Below are positions 1-8,778 of a stretch of DNA of 64,000 nt, in pieces. The translations under genes were made by a program, and so were the position numbers. Source of the stretch: Methanocellaceae archaeon UBA148 (lineage in GTDB: Archaea; Halobacteriota; UBA148); NCBI GenBank assembly GCA_002495885.1, contig DAHG01000033.1, positions 86,997-150,996 of the forward strand. Reading direction: 5' to 3'. The notes below the pieces were generated by a model. That model was not told the DNA's origin. It searched no databases and saw only the letters and a list, made by a program, of their open reading frames with translations. Position 1 is the stretch's first letter, and every line of letters starts with the position of its first letter.

Positions 1-108
1 TCCGGAGCTATAACTAGCATGGCCGATGCAGATGGCTATGTGGACATACCAGCTGATGTAGATCTCATCGAGGCTGGTGATGAAGTCGAAGTTATATTGT
101 TGATTTGA
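1..108 (+). CDS. moeA: Molybdopterin molybdenumtransferase MoeA, C-terminal end (partial)
   Basis: Frame 1 reads SGAITSMADADGYVDIPADVDLIEAGDEVEVILLI*, the typical MoeA domain IV ending; it lies directly upstream of mobB. Confidence 0.85.
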   Translation, partial: SGAITSMADADGYVDIPADVDLIEAGDEVEVILLI

Positions 109-122
109 TGTAAGGTGATCGT

Positions 123-815
123 ATGATACTTGGCGTTTACGGCTATTCAAAATCAGGAAAAACCACATTCATAGAAGAGCTTTTGAAAGTATTGGTTGCG
201 GATGGATATGACATTGCCACGATAAAGCACATTCCACATGAGGGTTTTTCGATTGACACTGAAAAAAAGGATACGTGGAGATACAGAAATGCGGGCGCAA
301 GCACTGTGGTCGCTAGTTCTCTCGATGAGACTGTGTTTATGGTAAACAAGGGGGTGCCACTCAATCTAATCCTCCAAATGATCCAGGCGATTTCAAAACC
401 AGATTTGATTTTGGTCGAGGGTTATAAAAACGAGGGCATACCCAAAATTGCTGTGGGACAAATTGAGGAGGGACCCAACACCATTTTTAGATATGAAGAT
501 AATCTGGAAGAAATTCTGCAATACATCAAACAAGAGCTTGAGATGGAAAAAATCCAAAAGCAGTTACCAGGTCTTGATTGCAAGAAATGCGGCTTTGATT
601 GCAGGAAAATGGCAGAACTCATATATGCCCAAGAGAAAGTATTGGAGGATTGTCACTCATTTTCACAGCTACCTGTCTTCTTAGAGGCAGATGGAAAAAG
701 CATTCCTTTGGGTGGTTTTACCAGGGACATGATTGCGAACATAATCAATGGCATGATTTCGTCTTTGAAGGGCACAGAGGATGCGAGAGAGTTCAAGATA
801 ATCCTGAGAAGGTGA
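123..815 (+). CDS. mobB: Molybdopterin-guanine dinucleotide biosynthesis protein B with C-terminal Fe-S domain
   Basis: GYSKSGKTT P-loop, IKH and KDTWR motifs, VEGYK; LPGLDCKKCGFDC Fe-S motif. Confidence 0.92.
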   Translation: MILGVYGYSKSGKTTFIEELLKVLVADGYDIATIKHIPHEGFSIDTEKKDTWRYRNAGASTVVASSLDETVFMVNKGVPLNLILQMIQAISKPDLILVEGYKNEGIPKIAVGQIEEGPNTIFRYEDNLEEILQYIKQELEMEKIQKQLPGLDCKKCGFDCRKMAELIYAQEKVLEDCHSFSQLPVFLEADGKSIPLGGFTRDMIANIINGMISSLKGTEDAREFKIILRR

Positions 816-865
816 TGTATGTAATGTAAATCAAACTCTTTTGGACCAATAGCTTTTTATACCAT

Positions 866-883
866 TATGTTAATTATAACATA
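866..883. promoter_or_regulatory. Palindrome TATGTTA-N4-TAACATA downstream of a TATA-like box, candidate operator
   Basis: Perfect 7-bp inverted arms just after GCTTTTTATA (about 852-861), followed by an AAGGAG RBS and a very short ORF. Confidence 0.4.
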
Positions 884-1122
884 TCGATGTTAGAAAGGAG
901 ATATGTTTAAAGATTATAAAATTTGTAGAAAGTAGGTTAATTCAGAGCGCTCCTAATGTCGCTATATTGTTCCTCCATTTCTTTTTTCGGGGGGCGCTCT
1001 AAAAATCCTACGCTCTAAAATGTCTTGGGGCTTTTATCGTAATTCTGGCTGCAAAAATTTTGGCAATGTATATTTGAGGGGGTGAGGTAATAGATGATGA
1101 CATGGATGAAATAAACATGTTG

Positions 1123-1737
1123 TTATGAATCTGAACTTTCATGTTCTTGCCTTTTTTCCCACTCACGCCTTGCGATCTTTTTAGCACGCTCTGCTTCCCG
1201 ATAATAACTATCCCGATTTCTCTTTTGGAGTTCGCATCCCACACATTTCCAAACATATCCTCCCCAGAAACTATGTGATTGTTCAAGCTCTGTTTTACAC
1301 TTGGGGCATCTAGGCGGTGTTTCCACATCAATACTTGACGGGGAGATCTTCGAAGGACCGAAATCCCATGGGGCTGGTGCAGGTACACGAACCACCCATA
1401 CCACTCCAGAATAATTGAATTCCCCAACACTAGTCCACCCAAAAGTAGGGTTAGATGCCGCCAATATCCTATCATCATTCAATTTTTGTATTTCTTTAAT
1501 TCGCTTGCGGATGACAATTAGTATAAACCATAGACAAAGGAACACTCCAAAAATTATCCAGATTATTGTTGAAATACGACCAAACCATTTCATCCGATCT
1601 CCAGTAGTTATTTTCGAGGCAATACCGATTATTATAAGAGTCAAAATCGGTGCCACTAAAGGATAAACAATATTGTTCAGCAAGGTTACTACTAAAGGAG
1701 CAATAATTTTATCCCTCAAGAATTGAATTGTTTTCAT
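1123..1737 (-). CDS. Hypothetical membrane protein with C-terminal Zn ribbon; cassette-like insertion
   Basis: Two N-terminal TM segments, CPKC...CVGC; AT-rich and opposite in orientation to its neighbours; ends bounded by GTTAT/ATAAC cores. Confidence 0.7.
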   Translation of the reverse strand: MKTIQFLRDKIIAPLVVTLLNNIVYPLVAPILTLIIIGIASKITTGDRMKWFGRISTIIWIIFGVFLCLWFILIVIRKRIKEIQKLNDDRILAASNPTFGWTSVGEFNYSGVVWVVRVPAPAPWDFGPSKISPSSIDVETPPRCPKCKTELEQSHSFWGGYVWKCVGCELQKRNRDSYYREAERAKKIARREWEKRQEHESSDS

Positions 1738-1760
1738 AGTTCTCTATTCTTCTTTTCTGG

Positions 1761-1790
1761 TCTGGCGTATACTATTCTGGCGTATACTAT
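1761..1790. repeat. Perfect 15-bp tandem duplication TCTGGCGTATACTAT x2
   Basis: Directly visible at 1761-1775 and 1776-1790. Confidence 0.9.
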
Positions 1791-1926
1791 TTGGCTTATA
1801 ACTACGTATATGCAAACTCCCTCAAAAAATTCTTACTAGTATATTCCACACAATCATCTCTTTGCTTGCTAGAATTTAAAGCGAAAAAGTTACTTCTCCA
1901 ACCACTACCCAAACCGAAACTATTTT

Positions 1927-1980
1927 ATATCGAGTGGTAAAATATTGCATATCATATCGAATGGTAAAAAATTTCATATC
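1927..1980 (+). promoter_or_regulatory. 27-bp tandem direct repeat immediately upstream of wtpA, candidate operator
   Basis: ATATCGAGTGGTAAAATATTGCATATC / ATATCGAATGGTAAAAAATTTCATATC (3 mismatches). Confidence 0.6.
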
Positions 1981-1997
1981 AAAGTGGAGAGATAAAA

Positions 1998-3332
1998 ATG
2001 GAAAAAAGAAAATTAAGGATATTGGGGGTTGTGATTGTACTACTTCTAAGTACACTAGTAGTTCCTTGCATGCCCACAGGAGCACAAAAAAAGCAAACAA
2101 TCAAAGTCTTCCATGCTGGAAGCCTATCGGTGCCTTTGGAAGAAGCGGCGATACAATTTGAAGCGTTGCACCCAGGAGTAGATGTGCAACGGCAGTCATA
2201 TGGCAGTGTTGAAGCGATAAGACAGATAACCGAGGTTGGGAAAACAGCAGAAGTGCTCGCATCCGCAGATTATTTACTTATACCAAGCATGATGTACCCG
2301 AATTATGCCGACTGGGACGTTAGATTCGCGACGAACGATATAGTGCTTGCATACAATCAAGAGATGAGCTTGTATAAGGATAAGATCACGCCTGAAAATT
2401 GGTATGAGATACTTAGAAGAGATGACGTAACATTCGGCTTCTCAAATCCAAATCTCGATCCCTGCGGCTATCGCTCGGTAATGGTGTGCCAGCTTGCTGA
2501 ATTACATTACGGCGACTTTAAGATATTCGATGATTTAATTCTCAAAAATACTGCTATAACGGTAAGTGAAGAGAATTCCACATATTTAATAAAAGCGCCC
2601 GAGCAATTGGAGCCTACTAGTAAAGTAGTCATAAGGCCAAAAGAGGTGGATCTAACCGCCTTGGTTGAATCCGGTGGACTGGATTATTACTTCATATACA
2701 GGAGCGTAGCAGTTCAGCATAACCTCAGCTTTGTGGACTTACCTGGTAAAATCGATCTGAGCAAGGTGGAATATGCAGACACTTATGGAAAAGTCAAATT
2801 GCAAACATTGGATGGTAAAATACAGACTGGGACGCCGATTGTATACGGTATCACCGTGCCGAAGAATGCAGATAACGCAGAGCTTGGTCTGGAATTCGTG
2901 AAATTCGTGATAAGTGAGGCGGGGCAGAAGATCTTTTCAGATATGGGACAGCCACCCATTGTGCCTGCTGTTGGAAATGGGAGTATACCAGAGGGGCTGA
3001 AACCATATTTAGCTGGGGTAGCTGCAGTACCAACGCCATGTCCAGATACTGGTCAGCCCATGACACCAGCACCGACTGCAACACCGATTGCAGTACCGAT
3101 TGCAGCACCAACACCTGCATATACAATGCCTCCCAGAACAGTACCACCATTACCAGCAACAGCAACGCCAGTACCAGCAGCACCCGCAGCAACACCATCT
3201 CATCCAGGGGCACAACCAATACCAACACCAACACCCACATCAGCAGAACCAAGTATACCTGGATTTGAGGCAGCATTCGCAATCGTTGGACTACTGGCTG
3301 TCACATATCTGGTATTGAAAAGAAGAGAATAA
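1998..3332 (+). CDS. wtpA: Tungstate/molybdate ABC transporter substrate-binding protein with Pro/Thr linker and PGF-CTERM anchor
   Basis: FHAGSL, GSVEAIRQI, ASADY, SNPNLDPCGYRS, RPKE and YRSVA motifs; ends in IPGFE-TM-KRRE, an archaeosortase signal. Confidence 0.93.
   Translation: MEKRKLRILGVVIVLLLSTLVVPCMPTGAQKKQTIKVFHAGSLSVPLEEAAIQFEALHPGVDVQRQSYGSVEAIRQITEVGKTAEVLASADYLLIPSMMYPNYADWDVRFATNDIVLAYNQEMSLYKDKITPENWYEILRRDDVTFGFSNPNLDPCGYRSVMVCQLAELHYGDFKIFDDLILKNTAITVSEENSTYLIKAPEQLEPTSKVVIRPKEVDLTALVESGGLDYYFIYRSVAVQHNLSFVDLPGKIDLSKVEYADTYGKVKLQTLDGKIQTGTPIVYGITVPKNADNAELGLEFVKFVISEAGQKIFSDMGQPPIVPAVGNGSIPEGLKPYLAGVAAVPTPCPDTGQPMTPAPTATPIAVPIAAPTPAYTMPPRTVPPLPATATPVPAAPAATPSHPGAQPIPTPTPTSAEPSIPGFEAAFAIVGLLAVTYLVLKRRE
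3143..3230 (+). repeat. Pro/Thr/Ala linker DNA identical to a segment of the serpin gene (35893-35980, minus strand)
   Basis: 77 nt identical, then one mismatch, then 10 more identical nt. Confidence 0.95.
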
Positions 3333-3352
3333 AAGACAAGAAAATAAAAACC

Positions 3353-3389
3353 AAAGAGGGGGATATTTATATTCTCCTCTTTTCTTTTT
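3353..3389 (+). terminator. Stem-loop plus T-rich tract between wtpA and wtpB
   Basis: AAAGAGGGGGATAT-tt-ATATTCTCCTCTTT followed by T runs. Confidence 0.5.
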
Positions 3390-3421
3390 AGAGTTATATT
3401 GAAAAGGAGCGACAAAGAGAG

Positions 3422-4237
3422 ATGAAGAAACCATTGTCTAACTGGTCATTTGATAGGGTAAAACAGGAAAGGATTTTTACCATTTTCCTTTTTTTAGGAC
3501 TGGTGCTTGTTGCCTTTGTTTTTATTACGCTTGGAAACATGTTTTATCAGCAATTAGAGGATATTTCGGGGTTAATCGCTGCTGCAACTGACCCTGTCGT
3601 TTTAAAGGCAATAGGTATCAGCATATCCATGGCTCTGGTCTCCACCTTAGTCGCTTTCTTTTTTGGTGTTCCTTTAGCCTATTTTCTTGCACGAAAGGAG
3701 TTCACAGGTAAGAGTATAATAGAGGGTTTGGTGGATGTCCCTTTGATGATCCCGCATGTTGTTGCTGGAATTGCATTATATGGTGTGTTCATGCGGCATG
3801 GATTGATCGGTGCACCGCTTCGAGAATTGGGTATCGTAATTACAGATGCTTATCCGGGAATTGTGATTGCCATGCTCTTCATGAGCCTCCCCTATTTAGT
3901 AGATACTGCGATAGAGGGTTTTAAAGAGGTTGATCCGCGTTTAGAGAATGTCGCCCGCTCGTTGGGCGCATCCCAATGGAAAACATTTCGAGAAATAACA
4001 TTCCCGCTTGCTTTTTCGTCCATACTGAGTGGAGCGATTCTAAGTTGGGGACGTGCAATAAGCGAGTTCTCAGCCGTTCTGATCCTTGCATACCATCCGA
4101 TATCAGCGCCGATTTTGATATATGAGAAATTTACCTCTTTTGGACTTCGCGCATCAAGACCGATCTCAGTTTTGCTGATTCTGATTTGCTTAGTGATATT
4201 TATATTATTACGCGTGTCCCAACGGAGAAGAAAATGA
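3422..4237 (+). CDS. wtpB: Tungstate/molybdate ABC permease
   Basis: DVPLMIPHVVAG, ENVARSLGA (EAA-like loop), WGRAISEF; follows wtpA. Confidence 0.93.
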   Translation: MKKPLSNWSFDRVKQERIFTIFLFLGLVLVAFVFITLGNMFYQQLEDISGLIAAATDPVVLKAIGISISMALVSTLVAFFFGVPLAYFLARKEFTGKSIIEGLVDVPLMIPHVVAGIALYGVFMRHGLIGAPLRELGIVITDAYPGIVIAMLFMSLPYLVDTAIEGFKEVDPRLENVARSLGASQWKTFREITFPLAFSSILSGAILSWGRAISEFSAVLILAYHPISAPILIYEKFTSFGLRASRPISVLLILICLVIFILLRVSQRRRK

Positions 4238-4238
4238 T

Positions 4239-5297
4239 ATGATAGAAGTAAGAGACTTGTGCAAGGATTGGAAAGAATTCTCCCTTAAGGACATAACATT
4301 AGATGTAAAAAAGGGCGAATATTTCGTTATTTTGGGGCCCACCGGCGCAGGTAAAACGTTACTTCTTGAGACCGTTGCTGGATTCCACATTCCTGATAAA
4401 GGAAATATCTGGATTGAGGGGTGTGATGTAACGCTTATTCCCCCAGAAAAGAGGAAAATTGGCTTCATTTATCAAGATTATGCCCTATTTCCCCATTTGA
4501 CCGTTGAGCAAAACATAGCATTCGGTTTGAAATTAAAGAGGACATCAAAATCGAATATGAATATGGCTAGATTGAAGGGTATAATGGACTGGCTGAGGAT
4601 TTCGCACCTTGCACATCGTTATCCTGCTACGCTCAGTGGCGGAGAGCAACAGAAGGTTGCTATTGCAAGGGCCATTGCCATCGAACCCCAAATATTACTT
4701 TTGGATGAACCCCTATCTGCCTTAGATTCACGAACTAGAGATTATCTACGAGAAGAGCTGAAGCGAATAAAGAAAGAATTTGATATTACCATGGTTCACG
4801 TAACCCATGATCAGACGGAGGCGATGTTTTTAGCAGACCGAATTGGGGTTATGATGGATGGTGAGATTGTACAAGTTGGCACACCTAGGGAGGTATTCAA
4901 TAAGCCGATAAACGAGAGAGTGGCTGAATTTGTTGGAGTGGAAAATATCATAGAAGGGATGATTGAGTCAAACGAAGACGGGATAACCGTCATCCGCATC
5001 AATGGTCATAGAATAGAGGGCATATCAGACTATTCGGTCGGCGATAGGGTACGGTTGTGCCTCAGGCCAGAGGACATTACACTTGCGCTCTCTAGAGACA
5101 AGAGCAGTGCAAGAAATTCTTTCAAAGGAACGATAAACCAGATGGTGCCTTTGGGTGCTCTTACACGAGTGAGTGTTGATTGTAGCTTCCCACTCATTGC
5201 GCTGATCACAAAACGATCCCTAGAAGATCTTGGACTTAAAGAAGGAGACGAAGTTATCGTTTCATTTAAGGCTACTGCCATCCATATACTAAAATAA
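4239..5297 (+). CDS. wtpC: Tungstate/molybdate ABC ATPase with C-terminal TOBE domain
   Basis: GPTGAGKT, LSGGEQQ, LLLDEP; SARN...FKATAI TOBE/mop motif. Confidence 0.93.
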   Translation: MIEVRDLCKDWKEFSLKDITLDVKKGEYFVILGPTGAGKTLLLETVAGFHIPDKGNIWIEGCDVTLIPPEKRKIGFIYQDYALFPHLTVEQNIAFGLKLKRTSKSNMNMARLKGIMDWLRISHLAHRYPATLSGGEQQKVAIARAIAIEPQILLLDEPLSALDSRTRDYLREELKRIKKEFDITMVHVTHDQTEAMFLADRIGVMMDGEIVQVGTPREVFNKPINERVAEFVGVENIIEGMIESNEDGITVIRINGHRIEGISDYSVGDRVRLCLRPEDITLALSRDKSSARNSFKGTINQMVPLGALTRVSVDCSFPLIALITKRSLEDLGLKEGDEVIVSFKATAIHILK

Positions 5298-5617
5298 TGA
5301 CCGAGTTAAAAGCAAAAGTATGGCTGGAAAAGGATGGATTGCCTGTATTGGGTGAGGGTCGAGCAAGATTGTTAGAGGCAATAGATGAAGAGCATTCAAT
5401 TCTTAAGGCTGCAGAAAAACTTGGAATGTCATACAGACATGCATGGGGGCTAATCCAAAAGATCAGGGAGTCATTGGGAGAGAGCGTAGTACTTTCAATA
5501 CGTGGTGGAGACAAAGGCGGCAGTACTGAGTTGAACGAGAATGGACGTAGATTGCTAAAAGAATACTATGATAAGGCCCATAAACTGGAGCGTATTCTGG
5601 AGAAAGCTCACCTTTAG
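5297..5617 (+). CDS. ModE-type N-terminal winged-helix regulator (no molybdate-binding domain)
   Basis: LGEGRARLLEAIDEEHSILKAAEKLGMSYRHAW...RGG..GG.TEL matches the ModE HTH. Confidence 0.85.
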   Translation: MTELKAKVWLEKDGLPVLGEGRARLLEAIDEEHSILKAAEKLGMSYRHAWGLIQKIRESLGESVVLSIRGGDKGGSTELNENGRRLLKEYYDKAHKLERILEKAHL

Positions 5618-5752
5618 ATAATTAATTAGTTTAGTCAAAACCCCTTCCTTTCAGTAGTTTGAGGATACCATTTAGTTTAAGAAATAGATTTAAGAGCAAT
5701 ATGTGTCCTAACCTATTCCGCTATTTTGATGCCAGCGGATTCATGAGAGTTC

Positions 5753-6300
5753 CTATTCTATTTTTAAATCTGCCCTGTGAGGATTAGACAAATAGAGCGG
5801 TTTAACCGCCAAATATGCATAACACTCTGAACATTTTTTCTTATATTCTTCGACATCATCAGTTGTAATCAATTCTGTAATCGATTTTGTTGATTTTCGT
5901 TCTTTCTCGCTTCCCTTAAACCACCCAGTAACCTCTCTGTTAATTTGCATACCCATTCTATGAGCTGCCTTATTCCTATCAGATCCGATCTTTTCCAGTT
6001 CCTCAAATTTTGTTGAAGAGATAACTCCACAAAGTTTTAACAGTTTTATTTTTTTATTATATCCGAAGCCCGAACTCGGGGTTATAAAATATATCCTTCT
6101 CAAAGTCCTTTGCAGGATCGGTTAAATGTAATTTCCCTTCTTTCGGATAACCAAAAAAATAAGATAAAAATAATAAAGTTAATCAGGTTATCTAAGTAAA
6201 TAAGTCCTTCTAAAAAAACGCTTCTCTTTAAGTCAGGTTTATTTAATAAGTTATATGCAACCAACTTATATTCTTTCATTATGGTTTCCAGATCTTTCAT
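5753..6300 (-). pseudogene. Doubly frameshifted HEPN/MtlR-like gene
   Basis: Removing one base in the T7 run (6153-6159) and one near 6069-6071 joins MKDLET...ILFF-GYPKEGKLHLTDPAKDFEKDIFYNPEFG-(F)GYNKKIKLL...DRNKAAH (RNxxxH motif). Confidence 0.6.
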
Positions 6301-6461
6301 CTTATTTGCACCACCCATAATTTAGTTTACATGCCTGTTATAATAGTCTTATGAACCTAATTTTTTATGGGTGTAATTATTTTATTCCAAGAGATATTTT
6401 CGTTACATACCATCCTTTTCCCATTTAATTAACGAAAACGAGCTTTGTATTTCACAACTTT

Positions 6462-7058
6462 TTAGTTAGATATCCTCTCCAGATCTGCCATAGTATTCAC
6501 GTTGATGAACGTCCTTAGCTCAGGGTCGATCTCTTTTATCTCTTCTACGGAAACGTACCTAACCCGTGACAAAGCTTTTAACGGCGATATGATCCTGCGA
6601 TCGTCCTTCTGGATGGCACCTTCACAGGCTTTGATCGTACTCTTCCTCTTGTAAATGGCATGCAACGGCTCTATATTGCCATCTGGCCATCTTGGCACCA
6701 CTGCATCATATCCCTCTGCCAAAGAAAATAGAAAATCGACAACATCTGGATTGACAAAAGGCATATCACAGGCAACCACCATTACATAGTCGCCTTTTGC
6801 GCATTGCAGTCCAGCCAAGATGCCTGCCACTGGGCCATAACCAGGGATGGAATCATAGGTTAACCTCGCTCCACAGATCACCGTGGAAATTTTTTCTCTC
6901 TGACCTACGTCACCAGCAACAACGAGCACTTCATCCACAGTCCCAGAAACATTATCAAGCACATGCTCGATCATCTTCTTATTTCCGATCTGAGCCATGG
7001 ATTTGTTCGTATTAATTCTAGTGCTTTTGCCACCGGCCAGTATGATGGCTGATCTCAT
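6462..7058 (-). CDS. mobA: Molybdenum cofactor guanylyltransferase
   Basis: ILAGGKSTR, GPVAGI, ACDMPF, EPLHAIY, NVNT motifs. Confidence 0.93.
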   Translation of the reverse strand: MRSAIILAGGKSTRINTNKSMAQIGNKKMIEHVLDNVSGTVDEVLVVAGDVGQREKISTVICGARLTYDSIPGYGPVAGILAGLQCAKGDYVMVVACDMPFVNPDVVDFLFSLAEGYDAVVPRWPDGNIEPLHAIYKRKSTIKACEGAIQKDDRRIISPLKALSRVRYVSVEEIKEIDPELRTFINVNTMADLERISN

Positions 7059-7151
7059 AACTTATTCTATTTATTTATTGCCTCGATAAGATTTAAAAAC
7101 GACCCATAAATACAGGCCTATTCAAAAAAAATAAGATAGAGAGCAGGTTAA

Positions 7152-8144
7152 CTACTCTCTCCTCAGTTTATTGTACCACTCGGGGTGATGTTCTTTCACA
7201 TACTTTTCAGATGTCTTAGTGGTTAGCATGGACCTGAAAAGTGGCCATGATGGCGGTATCACAGCAGCAGTGAGGATATGCACGATCAGGAGAAGCAGTA
7301 TCAGGATCGCCACTATGAGATGAAGTTTGGTCGCAATATGGACGAGGGTGGGTGATAGTTCCCGCGTATATCTGAGTGTCTTGACGATTCCTGTGAGTAT
7401 GATTGCGCCCACAAGAACGGCCCAAGCCGGAATTTCCACCCTTTCGATAGGAAGCCATTTTCCTGCATGGGGCGGTTCCGTAACACCTATCTTTGCAAGC
7501 AAATTGGCCAGAGGTCTCTTGATTTTCTCAGGCAAATACAGCCCTCTAATTCCGAAGAAGGCTCCATCACCAATAACACCCATAATAGCCATGGTCTCTG
7601 CTATTGAGTCCTTAAAATCGCTCATCGTTGGTAGGATCTCTCTGTCACCAGAGAGTGCATGATTCACTATGTAGAAAAGACTGGCGAAGACCAAGATGCC
7701 TGCACCGATGAAGTGCAGCTTGTATGCCATCAAAAACGGTGAGAACGCCTCTAGCAACCCAAACCTAGTTCCAAGTAACAAAAAAATCGCGGTTATGATG
7801 CACATGATGCACCCTACCGTGTGGGTCCAATGCTCGAACAATATGCTGACTGGATGCCGCTTTACTTTCCCATTTGCAATGACTGGAACCATAGGTTTTT
7901 TTCTTGCACTCCTACCTCGGAGAAGACCTAGTATGAAGCCAAGAACTATTACAACTGGTAAAGCCTGAGCGAAGAGGTTTTTGGCCGCATTCAAACTTTG
8001 GGCCTCTGCTTCCCAATCTGGTCGCATTATGTTACTCAATACCTCGCTAACATCAGCAGCATTTGCACTAGTTACACTGAACATTGCTATTATGACAAGT
8101 AAGCCTATAACGACCGTGATCTTTCTACCCGTACCTTTTTTCAC
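7152..8144 (-). CDS. fdhC: Formate dehydrogenase membrane cytochrome b subunit (FdhC/FdnI-like)
   Basis: Multiple TM helices with His ligands (EHWTH, KLHF, KLHL, VHI); C-terminal YVKEHHPEWY; follows fdhB. Confidence 0.8.
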   Translation of the reverse strand: MKKGTGRKITVVIGLLVIIAMFSVTSANAADVSEVLSNIMRPDWEAEAQSLNAAKNLFAQALPVVIVLGFILGLLRGRSARKKPMVPVIANGKVKRHPVSILFEHWTHTVGCIMCIITAIFLLLGTRFGLLEAFSPFLMAYKLHFIGAGILVFASLFYIVNHALSGDREILPTMSDFKDSIAETMAIMGVIGDGAFFGIRGLYLPEKIKRPLANLLAKIGVTEPPHAGKWLPIERVEIPAWAVLVGAIILTGIVKTLRYTRELSPTLVHIATKLHLIVAILILLLLIVHILTAAVIPPSWPLFRSMLTTKTSEKYVKEHHPEWYNKLRRE

Positions 8145-8172
8145 CCCATTCCCTCCCTGTAATTGAAAAGGT

Positions 8173-8206
8173 TATAGATAGAGGATGGGGGTTTCCTCTA
8201 CCTATA
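8173..8206 (-). other. 13-bp stem-loop between fdhB and fdhC
   Basis: mRNA strand TATAGGTAGAGGA-AACCCCCA-TCCTCTATCTATA (one G:U pair). Confidence 0.6.
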
Positions 8207-8226
8207 TTCATATTTGTCCTGCTTGC

Positions 8227-8766
8227 TTATACTATAGTCCCTAGATTTAGCCTTGCAGCAACTCTCTTTCTATAGATTTCATTGATTTCGTTCGCATCTC
8301 CAATGAGTAGGCCTTTGGTTGAACAGAAAGCCGAACATTTTGGATTGGGTTCTCTCTCAATCCTATTACCGCTTCTATCCTTCTGCTCGAAGGGCGTCAC
8401 GCATAAAGTGCATTTATCCATCTTACCCCTAGTAGTGAAAGGCAACCCTCCAAGGAATTGTGGAGCTCCGAATGGGCAGGCCCAAGAACAGTAGCCGCAA
8501 CCAATGCACTTGTCCTTATCAACTAAGACTATACCATCCTCTCGCTTGGATATCGCCCTCGTGGGGCATGCAGCCATACACGGGGGGTCAGCGCAGTGCA
8601 TGCATGTTAATGGCACGTTCATCTCGTTAGGTGTTCCCTCATTGAGGGTTATATCCCTAATGCGGCGTATACCAACTGGAACGTCATTCTGCTGCTTGCA
8701 TGCTACCTCACATCCCCCGCATTTTATGCATCGCTCTACGATAGGTAATACTTTGTATGTTGTCAT
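8227..8766 (-). CDS. fdhB: Formate dehydrogenase 4Fe-4S subunit (FdhB, FDH3/Wolinella type)
   Basis: CIKCGGCEVAC, CMHCADPPC...CP, CIGCGYCSWACPFGAPQF, KMDKCTLC. Confidence 0.9.
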   Translation of the reverse strand: MTTYKVLPIVERCIKCGGCEVACKQQNDVPVGIRRIRDITLNEGTPNEMNVPLTCMHCADPPCMAACPTRAISKREDGIVLVDKDKCIGCGYCSWACPFGAPQFLGGLPFTTRGKMDKCTLCVTPFEQKDRSGNRIEREPNPKCSAFCSTKGLLIGDANEINEIYRKRVAARLNLGTIV

Positions 8767-8778
8767 CTTTCATTCCTC

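Noticed and set aside
2851-3318. Gln/His-rich and Val/Leu-rich alternative-frame ORFs over the 3' end of wtpA
   Set aside because: These are shadows of the low-complexity Pro/Thr/Ala linker.
8173-8206. Hairpin in the fdh operon as a possible SECIS element
   Set aside because: FdhA has Cys (RLCHS) and no in-frame TGA, and the stem lacks a convincing archaeal SECIS pattern; more likely an mRNA stability element.
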